Below, piece after piece: positions 17,506 to 26,937 of a stretch of 64,000 bases of DNA. This DNA is from Candidatus Latescibacterota bacterium (GTDB lineage: Bacteria > Latescibacterota > UBA2968 > UBA8231): NCBI GenBank assembly GCA_965204725.1, contig OZ242005.1:2144001-2208000 (forward strand), written 5' to 3'. The stretch's first letter is position 1. Every line of letters begins with the position of its first letter. The notes beneath the pieces were generated by a model, which saw nothing but the letters and a program-made list of their open reading frames with translations, was not told where the DNA came from and ran no database searches. Made by a program: the position numbers and the translations under genes.

Positions 17506-20500
17506 TCCGCCGCCACCTCGCCCAAGTACGTGCGGCCGATTAGCTCCCGACTGCTGCGAGCAAACTCCAAAGCACGCCATTCTTCCTCTCTTCCCTCTAA
17601 GGCCGCTATGGCCTCCTCATAGGCTTGGGCGGCCCGGCGCCAGTCTTTTAGCTGGTAATAGGAAACCCCGATGTTGCACCGCGCCGCGGCCTCGCTGGGG
17701 GTGTTGGGGTATTGGACGATTACCTCCTCCAACACCGCGATGGCCCGCTCAAACTGGTCCTCGTCGTAGAGGGCCATGCCCTCGCTGTAGAGCGAGTCGG
17801 CCTCCGCGTCCGACAGATAGGCCAGCAACTGGCGCGCTTGCAACGCCTCGGCCGTCTCTGGAAAGCGCTCCACCACCTGCACGTAGAGCCGCGACGCTTT
17901 GAGGAACTGGTGGCCGTTGTAGTAGTAATCGCCGATGTGCATAAGCCCCTGATGGGCGCGTTCGTGCTGGGGATAATCGCGCGCCAAGCGCAAAAAGAGG
18001 TCGCGCATCGGCTCAACGCGCTCTAGCTCCAGTTGGCACCAAGCGGCGCCGTACAGGGCCTCGGGCGCATCCTTGCTGTCCGGGTAATCGTCGAACACGC
18101 GCTCATAGGCCGCCAGCGCCTGCTCGTATTCTTCGGCCTCGTAGTGTAGCTCCCCGATCAGCAGCTCGGCCTCGGCCGCCTGCGGCTGATCGGGATAGTC
18201 GGCGACCAACTCCTCAAAGGTCGCCCGCGCCGCGGCCGGATCGTCCCGCGCTTGCAGGCTGTGCCCCAAGTAGAACAGGGCGGCCGACTGCATCGACCGG
18301 CGCGGCGTCTCTTCCAAGACCGCGCCAAACGCCCGCGCCGCAGCCTCGTAATCGCGCTCGCCCAAGGCCACATTGCCCAGCTCAAAATGGAATTCGGCCG
18401 CCTCGGCCGACCCCTCGGCCCGCGCCAACCCCTCGGCCAAAGCCGCCCGCGCCGCGGCCAAGCTGTCTTGGGCCACCAACGCCCGGCCCAGCAGCAGCCA
18501 TGCGCGATCCTCCTGCTCCAGCAGGGGACGCACTTGGGCTGCGGCCTGCGCTGCCTCATCCTGCCCTAGATACCACTGAGCCAAGCCCAACGAGCCCTCG
18601 GTGCGCGTGGCTTCGTTGGTCATCATGGCGCGATAGACCGCTTCCATGCGCTGGCTATCCTCCAAGGTCTGGGCACACGCGCTCATCGCCTGCAACAAGG
18701 CGCGCCGCTGGTCGTCGGCCAGCCCCTCGGCCTGCAAAGCCGTCTCCCACGCCTCCCACGCCGCTTCGTACTGCTCGGTCTTGTACAAGCTCCAGCCCAA
18801 TCCCACCTGCGCTGCGGACGCGGCAACCCCCTCCAACTGCGGCAGGGCTTGGCGCAACAACGGCAGGGCTTGTTCGTGCTCGCCGCGCCCTTGGTGCAAC
18901 AGTCCCAACTGGGCGGTAAGCTGGGCATCGGGCGTCTTTTCCACCTGCCGCGCAATCAGGGCTATGGCCTCATCGGCCGCGCCCTCGGCCACGTAGAGCT
19001 GGGCCAGTTCCAACTGAGCGTGGGTGTACTGGGGCTGGGTTGGGCTGATGGACTCTAGCATCCGGCGCGCCGGTGCGCCGCGCCCGGCCTGCCGGTAGCG
19101 GCGGCCCAGCATCAAGGCGGCCAGCCCGCGCACGTCTTCGTCGGTGCATTGGGCCAAAATCTGTTCGTAGAGCGCGTCGCTTTGCTCGTGGCGCAGGCGG
19201 GCGATTTGCAACAGGGCGCGGCAGGCCAACTCCGGGGTGGCCTGCCCCCCTACCACCTGCTCAAACTGGGCCAAGGCTGCGGCCGAGTCGCTTAGGGCCT
19301 GATGGATCGTCCCCTGCCAAAACCGGGCCTCGGTCGCCAAGTACGACCCGACCTCGCCGTACAGGGCCAGCGCCTCGGCAAACCACACGTGGGCACTATC
19401 GGCGACCGCGCTCTCTTCCCCCATCAGCCGTAGGCACTCGGCTTGGCGGAACACGGCTTCGTCGAGCGACACCCCGGCCTCGTCTGTAAACGCTTGATAC
19501 GCCGTCAGGTAGAGCCGATGCGCCGCCAGCGACTCGGCATAGCGGCCCTCGTCAAAGAGCAGGCTCATCAGCCCGGCCTGCATCCGCGCCCGAAAAGCGG
19601 GCCGCTCGGCCTGCTCGGCCGCATAGCGATACACGTCCAAGCTGGCATCGACCCCGTGCGCCGCGTGGGCCAAAAGGGCCTGCCGCACCCAAGCCTGCTC
19701 GGCGAGCTGGGGCTCCTGCGGAAAGTCCCGGCTGACCTTCTTGTACGCGGCCAGCGACTCGGCATAGCGGCCCAACTCCTTGAGCATGTCCCCGCGCTTG
19801 ATCCACGCCTTGGCCGCCAGCGAGCGCCGCGACTGCCCTTCGCGCAACCCGGCCAAGGCCACGGCCCGCTTTTCCTCGTCGCCCATGCTCGCCGGGTCGT
19901 AGGCGTCGGCCAACGGCTCAAACACGGCCAACGCCTCGGCATAGCGGCCCAACTCCTCCAGCGCCAACCCCATCTGCAACTGCGCCCGGTCGGCCCGAAT
20001 TCCGGCGGGCGCGCGCTGCACGTACTCGCCAAAGGCCGCCACCGCCTCGGCGTACTCCTGCTGGTAAAACCACGCCCACCCTAGGGTATAGCGCGTGCGC
20101 TCGGCATAGCGGCCCTCGGGAAACAGGCGCAACAACACCTGACCGGCCGCAGCCGCCTGCGCGTATTCTGCGGCCTCAAAAAAGCACTCCACTACGAGAT
20201 AAGCCGCGGTCTCGCGCAGCTCAAACCCGACCTCGTCGCGCAACGCGGCAAAGCGCTCGGCCGCTTGCTGCAAGGACTCCGTAGCGCGCTCGGCCAGCGA
20301 ATCGGCCGTGGCGGAATCGGCCAACGCCGCCTCCTGCCGCCACAACTGCGCCTGCTTGCGGGCCATGTTGGCCAACTGGTAGCGCGCCGCCGCTTGGACG
20401 CCCACCGCGTATTCATCCACGACCACGCGCACGTGCGAGGCGCGCAGCAGCGCCCCATCCTGCACGTCCAACACGCCCTCGTACACCCGCTGCGCCCCGG

Positions 20501-20624
20501 CAAAGTCGCCGGTCGCCAAGAGCTTTTGCGCTCGCGTAAAGCGCTTGCCCAAATCCTCTGGATTGGTCACGAACTGGCTGCCGGTGACCAAGCCGGCCAG
20601 CATCAAGGGAAGCCAAATAGCCAT
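17502..20624 (-). CDS. Large exported TPR-repeat protein (1040 aa)
   Basis: Many TPR units (ALFYLGHS..A..FEELVADYP; ALYGAAWC); hydrophobic N-terminus. Confidence 0.9.
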   Translation of the reverse strand: MAIWLPLMLAGLVTGSQFVTNPEDLGKRFTRAQKLLATGDFAGAQRVYEGVLDVQDGALLRASHVRVVVDEYAVGVQAAARYQLANMARKQAQLWRQEAALADSATADSLAERATESLQQAAERFAALRDEVGFELRETAAYLVVECFFEAAEYAQAAAAGQVLLRLFPEGRYAERTRYTLGWAWFYQQEYAEAVAAFGEYVQRAPAGIRADRAQLQMGLALEELGRYAEALAVFEPLADAYDPASMGDEEKRAVALAGLREGQSRRSLAAKAWIKRGDMLKELGRYAESLAAYKKVSRDFPQEPQLAEQAWVRQALLAHAAHGVDASLDVYRYAAEQAERPAFRARMQAGLMSLLFDEGRYAESLAAHRLYLTAYQAFTDEAGVSLDEAVFRQAECLRLMGEESAVADSAHVWFAEALALYGEVGSYLATEARFWQGTIHQALSDSAAALAQFEQVVGGQATPELACRALLQIARLRHEQSDALYEQILAQCTDEDVRGLAALMLGRRYRQAGRGAPARRMLESISPTQPQYTHAQLELAQLYVAEGAADEAIALIARQVEKTPDAQLTAQLGLLHQGRGEHEQALPLLRQALPQLEGVAASAAQVGLGWSLYKTEQYEAAWEAWETALQAEGLADDQRRALLQAMSACAQTLEDSQRMEAVYRAMMTNEATRTEGSLGLAQWYLGQDEAAQAAAQVRPLLEQEDRAWLLLGRALVAQDSLAAARAALAEGLARAEGSAEAAEFHFELGNVALGERDYEAAARAFGAVLEETPRRSMQSAALFYLGHSLQARDDPAAARATFEELVADYPDQPQAAEAELLIGELHYEAEEYEQALAAYERVFDDYPDSKDAPEALYGAAWCQLELERVEPMRDLFLRLARDYPQHERAHQGLMHIGDYYYNGHQFLKASRLYVQVVERFPETAEALQARQLLAYLSDAEADSLYSEGMALYDEDQFERAIAVLEEVIVQYPNTPSEAAARCNIGVSYYQLKDWRRAAQAYEEAIAALEGREEEWRALEFARSSRELIGRTYLGEVAAE

Positions 20625-23245
20625 TAGCGTTCGTATCCGGCGATGACCGAGATGAAAAACCGCGACACCCCGCCGTCGCGGGTCCGCGCCACGGCCGGAT
20701 CGTCAAATTCTTCGTGGCGCAGCTCGATCCCGGTGTTGGCGACCATAGTGTAGCCGATGTACGTGCCTCGCACCGTGAACATCAGCACCGAACTCGCCGA
20801 GCGCAGCTCGCGCTCGCGATCCACTCGGTCGAAGAAGCGAAAGGCCAGCGCGGGCAACAGGGTGCGCGTGAACGGCACCCCTAGCCCCTGCTGACCAAAT
20901 TGCACCAAGGTATTTTCCGTTAGCCGCCAATCGGCCCGCAAGATGGGCGCGAGCTGGTTCCACGACTCGACCGCCCGCCGTCGGTCGCTGGCGGTGACGT
21001 GCTTGTACAGGTGCTTGAGCATGACTTGGACGCGCAGGCGGGACAACTCGTAGGTGTAGTCCGCCTTGTTGACCATGGTGAAGGTCTGCCGGCGGGCCGA
21101 AGCCGCCAACTGCCGGTTCACGATCCACTGCGCGTTGTTTTCAATGTGGAGCTGGTCCAACCGCGCAAAGCGGGTGCCGACAAACGAGGTATGCACCCAC
21201 GAGTCGGCCATGAGCAAGGCGTCGGGCGTGGGCGGCTGGTCTGGGTTGTTGTTCTCGCCGGCGCGAAAGACATAGACCGAGTCTGGCACCGTGTCCTCGA
21301 CCCGCTTGCTGTCGTGGTCGAGCTGGACTTGCCCCCACCGCGGCACGTCGAAGCGGTAGGACACCCGCCCGTAGCGCGACACCGCCCGCCCCGGCCCGGC
21401 GATCTCATCTTGGCGATAGTAGCCGATCCCGGCCGACAGGCCGCTCCACCGCGGCAAGGCGACAAAGCCGTGCAGGCCGCGCCGGTCGCGGTCGTAGGGG
21501 TAGTCGGGCTTGTTGTCGTTTTCGCGCTCGTCAATGACGCCGTTGTTGTTCAAGTCAATGCCATAGACAAACTCCTGCGGATCGGAGTAGTAGAGCAAAA
21601 ACGGCTCCTCAAAATCCGGGACGCCATTGGCGTTTTTGTCGTCGTCGGGGATGTTGTCGTTGTCCTCGTCTAGCCCGGGGAAGACGCCGGACTCGGTCTC
21701 CGAGCCGTTGGGATAATCGCGCAAGTTGTCGTCGGCGTAGCGGTCGTTGTCGTCGTTGTCATCGACCAAGGGGAACTCGGACAGCACCTGTTGATCTTGG
21801 CTTTCCCCGCCCAAGTCCGTGTAGAGCCGCACCCCGCCGCGCCGGCTGTCGTACCCGCCGCCGTAGCGCGGCCCCATCGCAAAGAGTTCGCCCCCCACCT
21901 CCAAGCGACCCACGTCCTTGAGCGCGTTGACGTACCACCCGGCCGCCTGCTGGGTGCCGTGCCGGCCGCGCAGCACCGGGAAGCTGCGGTAGAGCAGGTT
22001 GCGCTGGTATTCGCCGCGCACCTTCAGCCCCACAAACGTACCCTCCACGTCAAAGCCAAAAATCGTCTGCCCCGTAGAAAAGCCGTGATCGAATTCCACG
22101 GCCCGCCGGTTGGAAAAATCCCGCACCTCCCCGGTCGCTCGCACCCGCGTCTCAAAGGACGTGTTGCGCGGGGTGAACTGATTGCGCAGCGCGTCGAAAA
22201 AGGGGTGCTGTTGCGCCACCTCAATGCGGTAGTCGTTGGCCACGACGGCCCGCACCCGCGCCCGGCGCGACGCGAAATTCTCCGGCACGACAAACAGGTA
22301 TTCCACCGCCTCCTCGCCGCGCACCTCGCGAAAGCCATCGCCGCGCCGCCCGCCCAACACCTGCGGTTGCAGCACCGGGTCGAAGCGCTCGTCGCCCGGG
22401 TCGCTGCTAATCGTGGTCGCTCCCTCCGGCCCTTCCCCTTCCAATTCAATAATAATGTCGTACACAACGGCCCCGGCCTCATCGCTTTGCGGCGAGTCGT
22501 CGCGGACGCGCACGGTAATTTCGCTCGGGGCCTGCATGGCCGGATAGGGAATGCCGCCGCGCAAAAAGCCGCCGGCGCTACCTCGGGCCGTATTGGCTTG
22601 GTGTTGGTTGACAAAGGTCGCGCCAAAGCGCAGCACATCGCCTATCCGCGTCTGCCAGTGGCCGGCGAGATTGTACACCGGGTTTTCCTCGATCCGCTCC
22701 AAGTAGTCAATGAGCGACCCTCGCCCTTGGGCCACCGGGTCGGAGAAGCTGTTGAGCGTGGGGAACAGCGACGAGTCAAAGCCGCGCGTGGTCAGCAAGG
22801 TGATTTTGTTGCCCGGAAAGATGACGTCCCAGCGCAAGCCATTAAAGCCGGCTTGCCGAAACGTCAACGGCGTAAACTCGGTACGCACCTCGTCGCCCAC
22901 AGTCAGGGACCAATGCCACGGGCCGTAGCTGTCGTGGGCGATGATTAGGTTGTTGAGCGAGCGATAGAGCCGGTCCTTGAGGATGCGGCTGCCCCCAGGC
23001 CGCTGCTCGTCCAACTCATAGACGAGGAAGCCCTCGGCGAGGAAGCGGCCGAGGAAGTCGTAGCGCGGCGCCAAGCGAATCTCGCGGCGATAGGGCCGGT
23101 AGAGGTCCTCGCCGTAGTTGGTGTACGCGCTCAGGGGCGGGCGGCGCAAAAAGTGGCGCGGCGGCGTAGCGTCGGGCAAATCCGCCGCCAGCGGGCTTCC
23201 AGCAACCAGCAAGGCACTCACGAGAATCCATCGTCGGCCGCTCAT
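20624..23245 (-). CDS. Large secreted or outer-membrane protein with Asp/Asn-rich Ca-binding-like loops (873 aa)
   Basis: AAGGAG RBS before ATG 23245; signal peptide; DDNDDNDRYAD, DEDNDNIPDDDKNANG, DLNNNGVIDE; C-terminal FFISVIAGY strand. Confidence 0.75.
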   Translation of the reverse strand: MSGRRWILVSALLVAGSPLAADLPDATPPRHFLRRPPLSAYTNYGEDLYRPYRREIRLAPRYDFLGRFLAEGFLVYELDEQRPGGSRILKDRLYRSLNNLIIAHDSYGPWHWSLTVGDEVRTEFTPLTFRQAGFNGLRWDVIFPGNKITLLTTRGFDSSLFPTLNSFSDPVAQGRGSLIDYLERIEENPVYNLAGHWQTRIGDVLRFGATFVNQHQANTARGSAGGFLRGGIPYPAMQAPSEITVRVRDDSPQSDEAGAVVYDIIIELEGEGPEGATTISSDPGDERFDPVLQPQVLGGRRGDGFREVRGEEAVEYLFVVPENFASRRARVRAVVANDYRIEVAQQHPFFDALRNQFTPRNTSFETRVRATGEVRDFSNRRAVEFDHGFSTGQTIFGFDVEGTFVGLKVRGEYQRNLLYRSFPVLRGRHGTQQAAGWYVNALKDVGRLEVGGELFAMGPRYGGGYDSRRGGVRLYTDLGGESQDQQVLSEFPLVDDNDDNDRYADDNLRDYPNGSETESGVFPGLDEDNDNIPDDDKNANGVPDFEEPFLLYYSDPQEFVYGIDLNNNGVIDERENDNKPDYPYDRDRRGLHGFVALPRWSGLSAGIGYYRQDEIAGPGRAVSRYGRVSYRFDVPRWGQVQLDHDSKRVEDTVPDSVYVFRAGENNNPDQPPTPDALLMADSWVHTSFVGTRFARLDQLHIENNAQWIVNRQLAASARRQTFTMVNKADYTYELSRLRVQVMLKHLYKHVTASDRRRAVESWNQLAPILRADWRLTENTLVQFGQQGLGVPFTRTLLPALAFRFFDRVDRERELRSASSVLMFTVRGTYIGYTMVANTGIELRHEEFDDPAVARTRDGGVSRFFISVIAGYER

Positions 23246-23271
23246 ACAAATCTCCTTCTTCCCCTGTTTCA

Positions 23272-24939
23272 TTAGTACACCACCCCGACCAGACCCGTCC
23301 ACACATCGGCGCGGTCGGCGTCAATTTCAATGCGCAGCAGATAATGCCCGGGCGCGACCAGCCGCCCGCTCTCGTCGCGGCCATCCCACGCCAAGCGCTT
23401 GCGGCCGGCCGCAGCCAGCCGCTCGTCCCACAGCACTCGCCGCTTCCTTCCGGCCAAGTCGTATAGGGCCACCGTCAACGCCTGCGGGTGCTGCACCTTG
23501 GCCAAGTCGATCTGGATTCGGGCTGGCCCCGAGGCCGCGTTGAAGGGATTGGGCTGCACGGACACGCCGGTGCGCGGCAGGGCGCGGCCAACCACTCCTT
23601 CTCCGACCAAGGTCCAAGCATCTTCCACGGCCGGCCGCACGTTCTGCCTATTCGCGCTATCGCCCAAGGCAACAGCCGCCCGCACCGCCAGCGTCGGCCG
23701 CAACAGCACCGACGCAAACTCCACTTCGAGCCGCCCCGACCGCTGCACGCGGTGCTCGGCCCCCAACGCCAACCACAGCCCCTCGTCGTCCCACCCGGCC
23801 TCATACTCGTCCTCCGGCAGGGCGAACCCGTCGAACCGCACCTGCTGCACCGCGCCCGGCAGGCCGATATGCACTCGGTCAAACCCGAGATCTTCGGGGC
23901 CGATTTCCACGTCGAGCGCGTAGGTGAACACCGTCTCTGCGCCCAACACCGGCCGCTGCGGCGCAATCGCCCCGGCCACCGCACGGGCAAAAAGCTGTTC
24001 GCCAAAGGCGACCGCCACCTGCATCAGCCCGGGTGCCCGCAGCGGATCGCGCGTTTCCATGGCCGCCCGATACTGCAAAAACTGCGCCGGCTCCGGCTCA
24101 GTCAAAGCCACGCCCGCGCCGACTTCTGCCAAGTCCCACGCCGGCACCCGGTGCCACTCGGGCCACGTCTCCCCATCGGCCGAGGTGCGGAACTGCACCC
24201 GCAAGGCCGTGCCTGGGGGCGTCTCGCCAGCAAACCACACGCGCCCCAAGTTGACCGGCTGCCCGGCGTCAAACACGGCCGACTCAAACGTCCCCTCGGC
24301 CCCAAACCCCTCGCCGAACACTTCGACCTCGCCGATGGAGACCCAGTTGGGAGGGTCCTCCCGCGTCAGGCGCAGGCGCACAAAGCGGCCCAGCACCGGC
24401 AGGGGCACCCCATCCGCTCCGGTCTCGATCCACGTCGAATCGACCGACGTATCAACGGTCGGGCGGATATTTTCCGCCTGTTGCGCCACCAACACCCAAT
24501 CGTCGGGCGTGGCCTCCCGCGCCACTTCGAGGCGGTAGCCTTTGACGAAGAACAGGGGGCGTTGAGCCACGGTCTTGCCCGGCAGCAGGCGCACTTGGCT
24601 CACGCCGCGGTCGCCTCCTAAGTCGATCTGAATCCACTTGCCCAGCACTTCGACCTCGTTGTCAAAGCGCCACTCCGTGTCGGCATTGCCGTCGGTGACG
24701 CTGCGCCGGCCGCTCAAGGTGTTCGGCCCGGAGGCGGCTGACGCCTCCAAGGCGAGGTTGACCCCGCGGAAGGAGGCCAGCGACACCCGCCCCGCGCTGT
24801 CGATTTCCGTGCCGGCAAAGAGGCCGCCGGAAAAACTGTCGGCCCCGGCTTGCACCCATTCGCCGGCCAGCGCCGGAGCGCAGCCGAGCACGGCCAAGCC
24901 GAGCACATAACCCATCGCGTTAATTTTCATTTTCATCAT
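23272..24939 (-). CDS. Secreted discoidin/F5-8-like protein with a C-terminal FlgD-Ig domain; start uncertain (24915-24939)
   Basis: NLAL..VTDGNADTEW..WIQIDLG..RFVRL..IGEVEVFG; C-terminal PNPFN..YDLAGR..WDGRDESG..PGHY. Confidence 0.8.
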   Translation of the reverse strand: MMKMKINAMGYVLGLAVLGCAPALAGEWVQAGADSFSGGLFAGTEIDSAGRVSLASFRGVNLALEASAASGPNTLSGRRSVTDGNADTEWRFDNEVEVLGKWIQIDLGGDRGVSQVRLLPGKTVAQRPLFFVKGYRLEVAREATPDDWVLVAQQAENIRPTVDTSVDSTWIETGADGVPLPVLGRFVRLRLTREDPPNWVSIGEVEVFGEGFGAEGTFESAVFDAGQPVNLGRVWFAGETPPGTALRVQFRTSADGETWPEWHRVPAWDLAEVGAGVALTEPEPAQFLQYRAAMETRDPLRAPGLMQVAVAFGEQLFARAVAGAIAPQRPVLGAETVFTYALDVEIGPEDLGFDRVHIGLPGAVQQVRFDGFALPEDEYEAGWDDEGLWLALGAEHRVQRSGRLEVEFASVLLRPTLAVRAAVALGDSANRQNVRPAVEDAWTLVGEGVVGRALPRTGVSVQPNPFNAASGPARIQIDLAKVQHPQALTVALYDLAGRKRRVLWDERLAAAGRKRLAWDGRDESGRLVAPGHYLLRIEIDADRADVWTGLVGVVY

Positions 24940-25225
24940 CGATCCAAGCCTCCAAACCCCAAACTTTTAACGAGTGCCTCAAGGCAAAACGCGGTTGCTG
25001 AAAGCGCAAAGTCAGGCCCAGTTCCCCCAAAGCGATTACGTCTTTTCTCAGCCATGGGCTGAATTCCCGCACCTCATTCGACACGATGCAGACCTCGGTT
25101 ATCCCCTCCTCGGCATACTCTTCGAGGCAGTCGCGCAAGACTTTGAACTCCCTCTTCTTGATATACCCCACGAATTCGATGGTTATCGTCTTGTCGCCGC
25201 GCTCCAAGATGTCAATGCGTACCAT
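24920..25225 (-). CDS. Small STAS-like protein (101 aa)
   Basis: Strong GAGGAGGAGG RBS; alternating beta/alpha pattern ending LRHSLKVWGL, as in anti-anti-sigma factors. Confidence 0.6.
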   Translation of the reverse strand: MVRIDILERGDKTITIEFVGYIKKREFKVLRDCLEEYAEEGITEVCIVSNEVREFSPWLRKDVIALGELGLTLRFQQPRFALRHSLKVWGLEAWIDDENEN

Positions 25226-25238
25226 GGTCCTCCTCCTC

Positions 25239-26579
25239 TCAATCTACTTCAACGAGTTGTCGCGCTAGTGATCCCTCGCGCGTCAGGGCGTACACCACGA
25301 GATTCACCCCCAAATTATAGACCAACGGCTCCTCGGCACTGGCCATACCCGCGTGGTTGCTTACGCCATTGGTCAACGACCAATCAACCAACTCCCGACC
25401 GATGCCCGCCCAGAAGTCGGCGTAGTTGCGCATCGAATACACCCCCACCAACTGATCCCCGACTAGGATGCCCTCCAAATAGTCTGGGGTTCGGGGCGGA
25501 TATTCTCCGGCGATAAAGTGTATATCGCGCATTCCTCGCGGCAGGCTCTTTACATCGTAGAAGCAACGATAGAGCGGATGGTTGATCTCCAGCCGGGCAA
25601 ACTGCCAGTCCTTCCACTCTCGATAGCCCACCGCTTGGAAGCCAGCCCGAATGAGGGACCGCACCGCCGGAATGTCTAATTCGTCATCGCGGTAAGTGTC
25701 CCACAACAGGCTGACAATATCCACAAACAGGAAGCCGCCAGAGGTCAGATACGCCCCGAGGTTGGCCGCCTCGCTATTCGTAAACTCAAAGGGGGTATCG
25801 ACCGTCATCAGCACGAAGGGGACTTCCAAAAGCTGCGGATCCTCCAGCGAGACCGCGTCGCGCACTTCCACGTGTACCTGCGTATTCGCGACCATCTTAT
25901 CGGCCAACCCTTGCAGCATCCGCCGCTCGACCATTTGGCGCGGCATCTGGTGATACCAGCGCACCTTCATGGTTTCGGCCTGTTTGCTGTACTCAGCCCG
26001 ATCAATGGAAGGGCTATAGACGCCGGACATATAGAGGAATCCCTTGAGCTGCCGCCGGTCTTTTGGATCGACGACCACCATCGCCCGGTGCCGACCCGTG
26101 TCCATGGCCTGCACGTCCATCAGGTCTAAGGCCAAGTCGATCTCGGCGGCCCCTTGCCGCGTCCCTTTGAGCGCGCCAGCCTGCATTTGCGGACCAATGT
26201 GCCGAGCCGGGAAATCCGGCACGGGTAGCACCAGCCGATCCGGCAGGGCCGCTGTTGGCAGCCTCAGTGCCGCCGACTTGAACATGGGCAGGGCGCGCGT
26301 GGCCGTGGGGGCCGGGCGCACCGCAGCGACCGGGGCTGCTTGCAGGGCGGGGCGACGCACCAACGGGCGTTGCCGGGGCCGTTGCCGACGGTTCAGGGTG
26401 CGTTGCGGCGGCGGGCGTTTGGTAAACTCCACCATGATCGGCTGTAGGACGGGAAATTGGGCAGCCTGATCGCGATGCGTGATGCCGAAGATCACCAACA
26501 GATGCAAGGCCAGCGACGCCGCCAAGCAGCCTTGGAACTTTCTGTTTTTGCGAAGCGGAACTTTCCACGGGCGTCTCAT
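25239..26579 (-). CDS. Membrane-anchored DUF4159-like protein, paralog 1 (446 aa)
   Basis: SLALH TM anchor, Pro/Arg linker, EAANLGAYLTSGGFLF, HPLY..FY, LGVNLVVYALT. Confidence 0.8.
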   Translation of the reverse strand: MRRPWKVPLRKNRKFQGCLAASLALHLLVIFGITHRDQAAQFPVLQPIMVEFTKRPPPQRTLNRRQRPRQRPLVRRPALQAAPVAAVRPAPTATRALPMFKSAALRLPTAALPDRLVLPVPDFPARHIGPQMQAGALKGTRQGAAEIDLALDLMDVQAMDTGRHRAMVVVDPKDRRQLKGFLYMSGVYSPSIDRAEYSKQAETMKVRWYHQMPRQMVERRMLQGLADKMVANTQVHVEVRDAVSLEDPQLLEVPFVLMTVDTPFEFTNSEAANLGAYLTSGGFLFVDIVSLLWDTYRDDELDIPAVRSLIRAGFQAVGYREWKDWQFARLEINHPLYRCFYDVKSLPRGMRDIHFIAGEYPPRTPDYLEGILVGDQLVGVYSMRNYADFWAGIGRELVDWSLTNGVSNHAGMASAEEPLVYNLGVNLVVYALTREGSLARQLVEVD

Positions 26580-26695
26580 CGGTTCACGTCCTTTAATAGA
26601 TGCTTGGGCTGTTTCATGCCGTCTCATCCTCGTGCGCGTCATCTTCAAACCACCCCCGGAAGCGGGTGAATCGGCCTCGTCTCTACGAATTATCT

Positions 26696-26712
26696 ATGCA
26701 AATTTCGTGCCA
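26696..26712 (-). promoter_or_regulatory. Sigma-54 promoter P1 (TGGCACGAAATTTGCAT)
   Basis: Exact TGGCACG-N4-TTGCA -24/-12 consensus upstream of 26579. Confidence 0.88.
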
Positions 26713-26833
26713 AAAATCAGATTTAGACAAATTTTTTTTTGAGCATTTCCATAAAGGACTGAAAATATAGGAGTTATAAAAAAATAATTCTTCCTAACAT
26801 CCGTTTTGGGGTCAACGGAGGAACCTGTTTTTG

Positions 26834-26892
26834 TCGTATAAAATCGTATAAAATCGTATTAAATACGATTTTATACGATTTTATACGATTTT
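26834..26892. promoter_or_regulatory. 3+3 inverted array of 10-bp AAAATCGTAT repeats, copy 1 (candidate enhancer)
   Basis: TCGTATAAAATCGTATAAAATCGTAT-TAA-ATACGATTTTATACGATTTTATACGATTTT, about 120-180 bp upstream of P1. Confidence 0.8.
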
Positions 26893-26937
26893 TGGCTGCC
26901 TCTTCGGGCGCGTCAAACAGCTCAAAAGAAGGCCCTT

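Noticed and set aside
26834-26892. AAAATCGTAT arrays as CRISPR repeats or replication iterons
   Set aside because: The units are 10 bp, contiguous, have no spacers and invert at the centre. No cas or rep gene is present, and their position tracks sigma-54 promoters.
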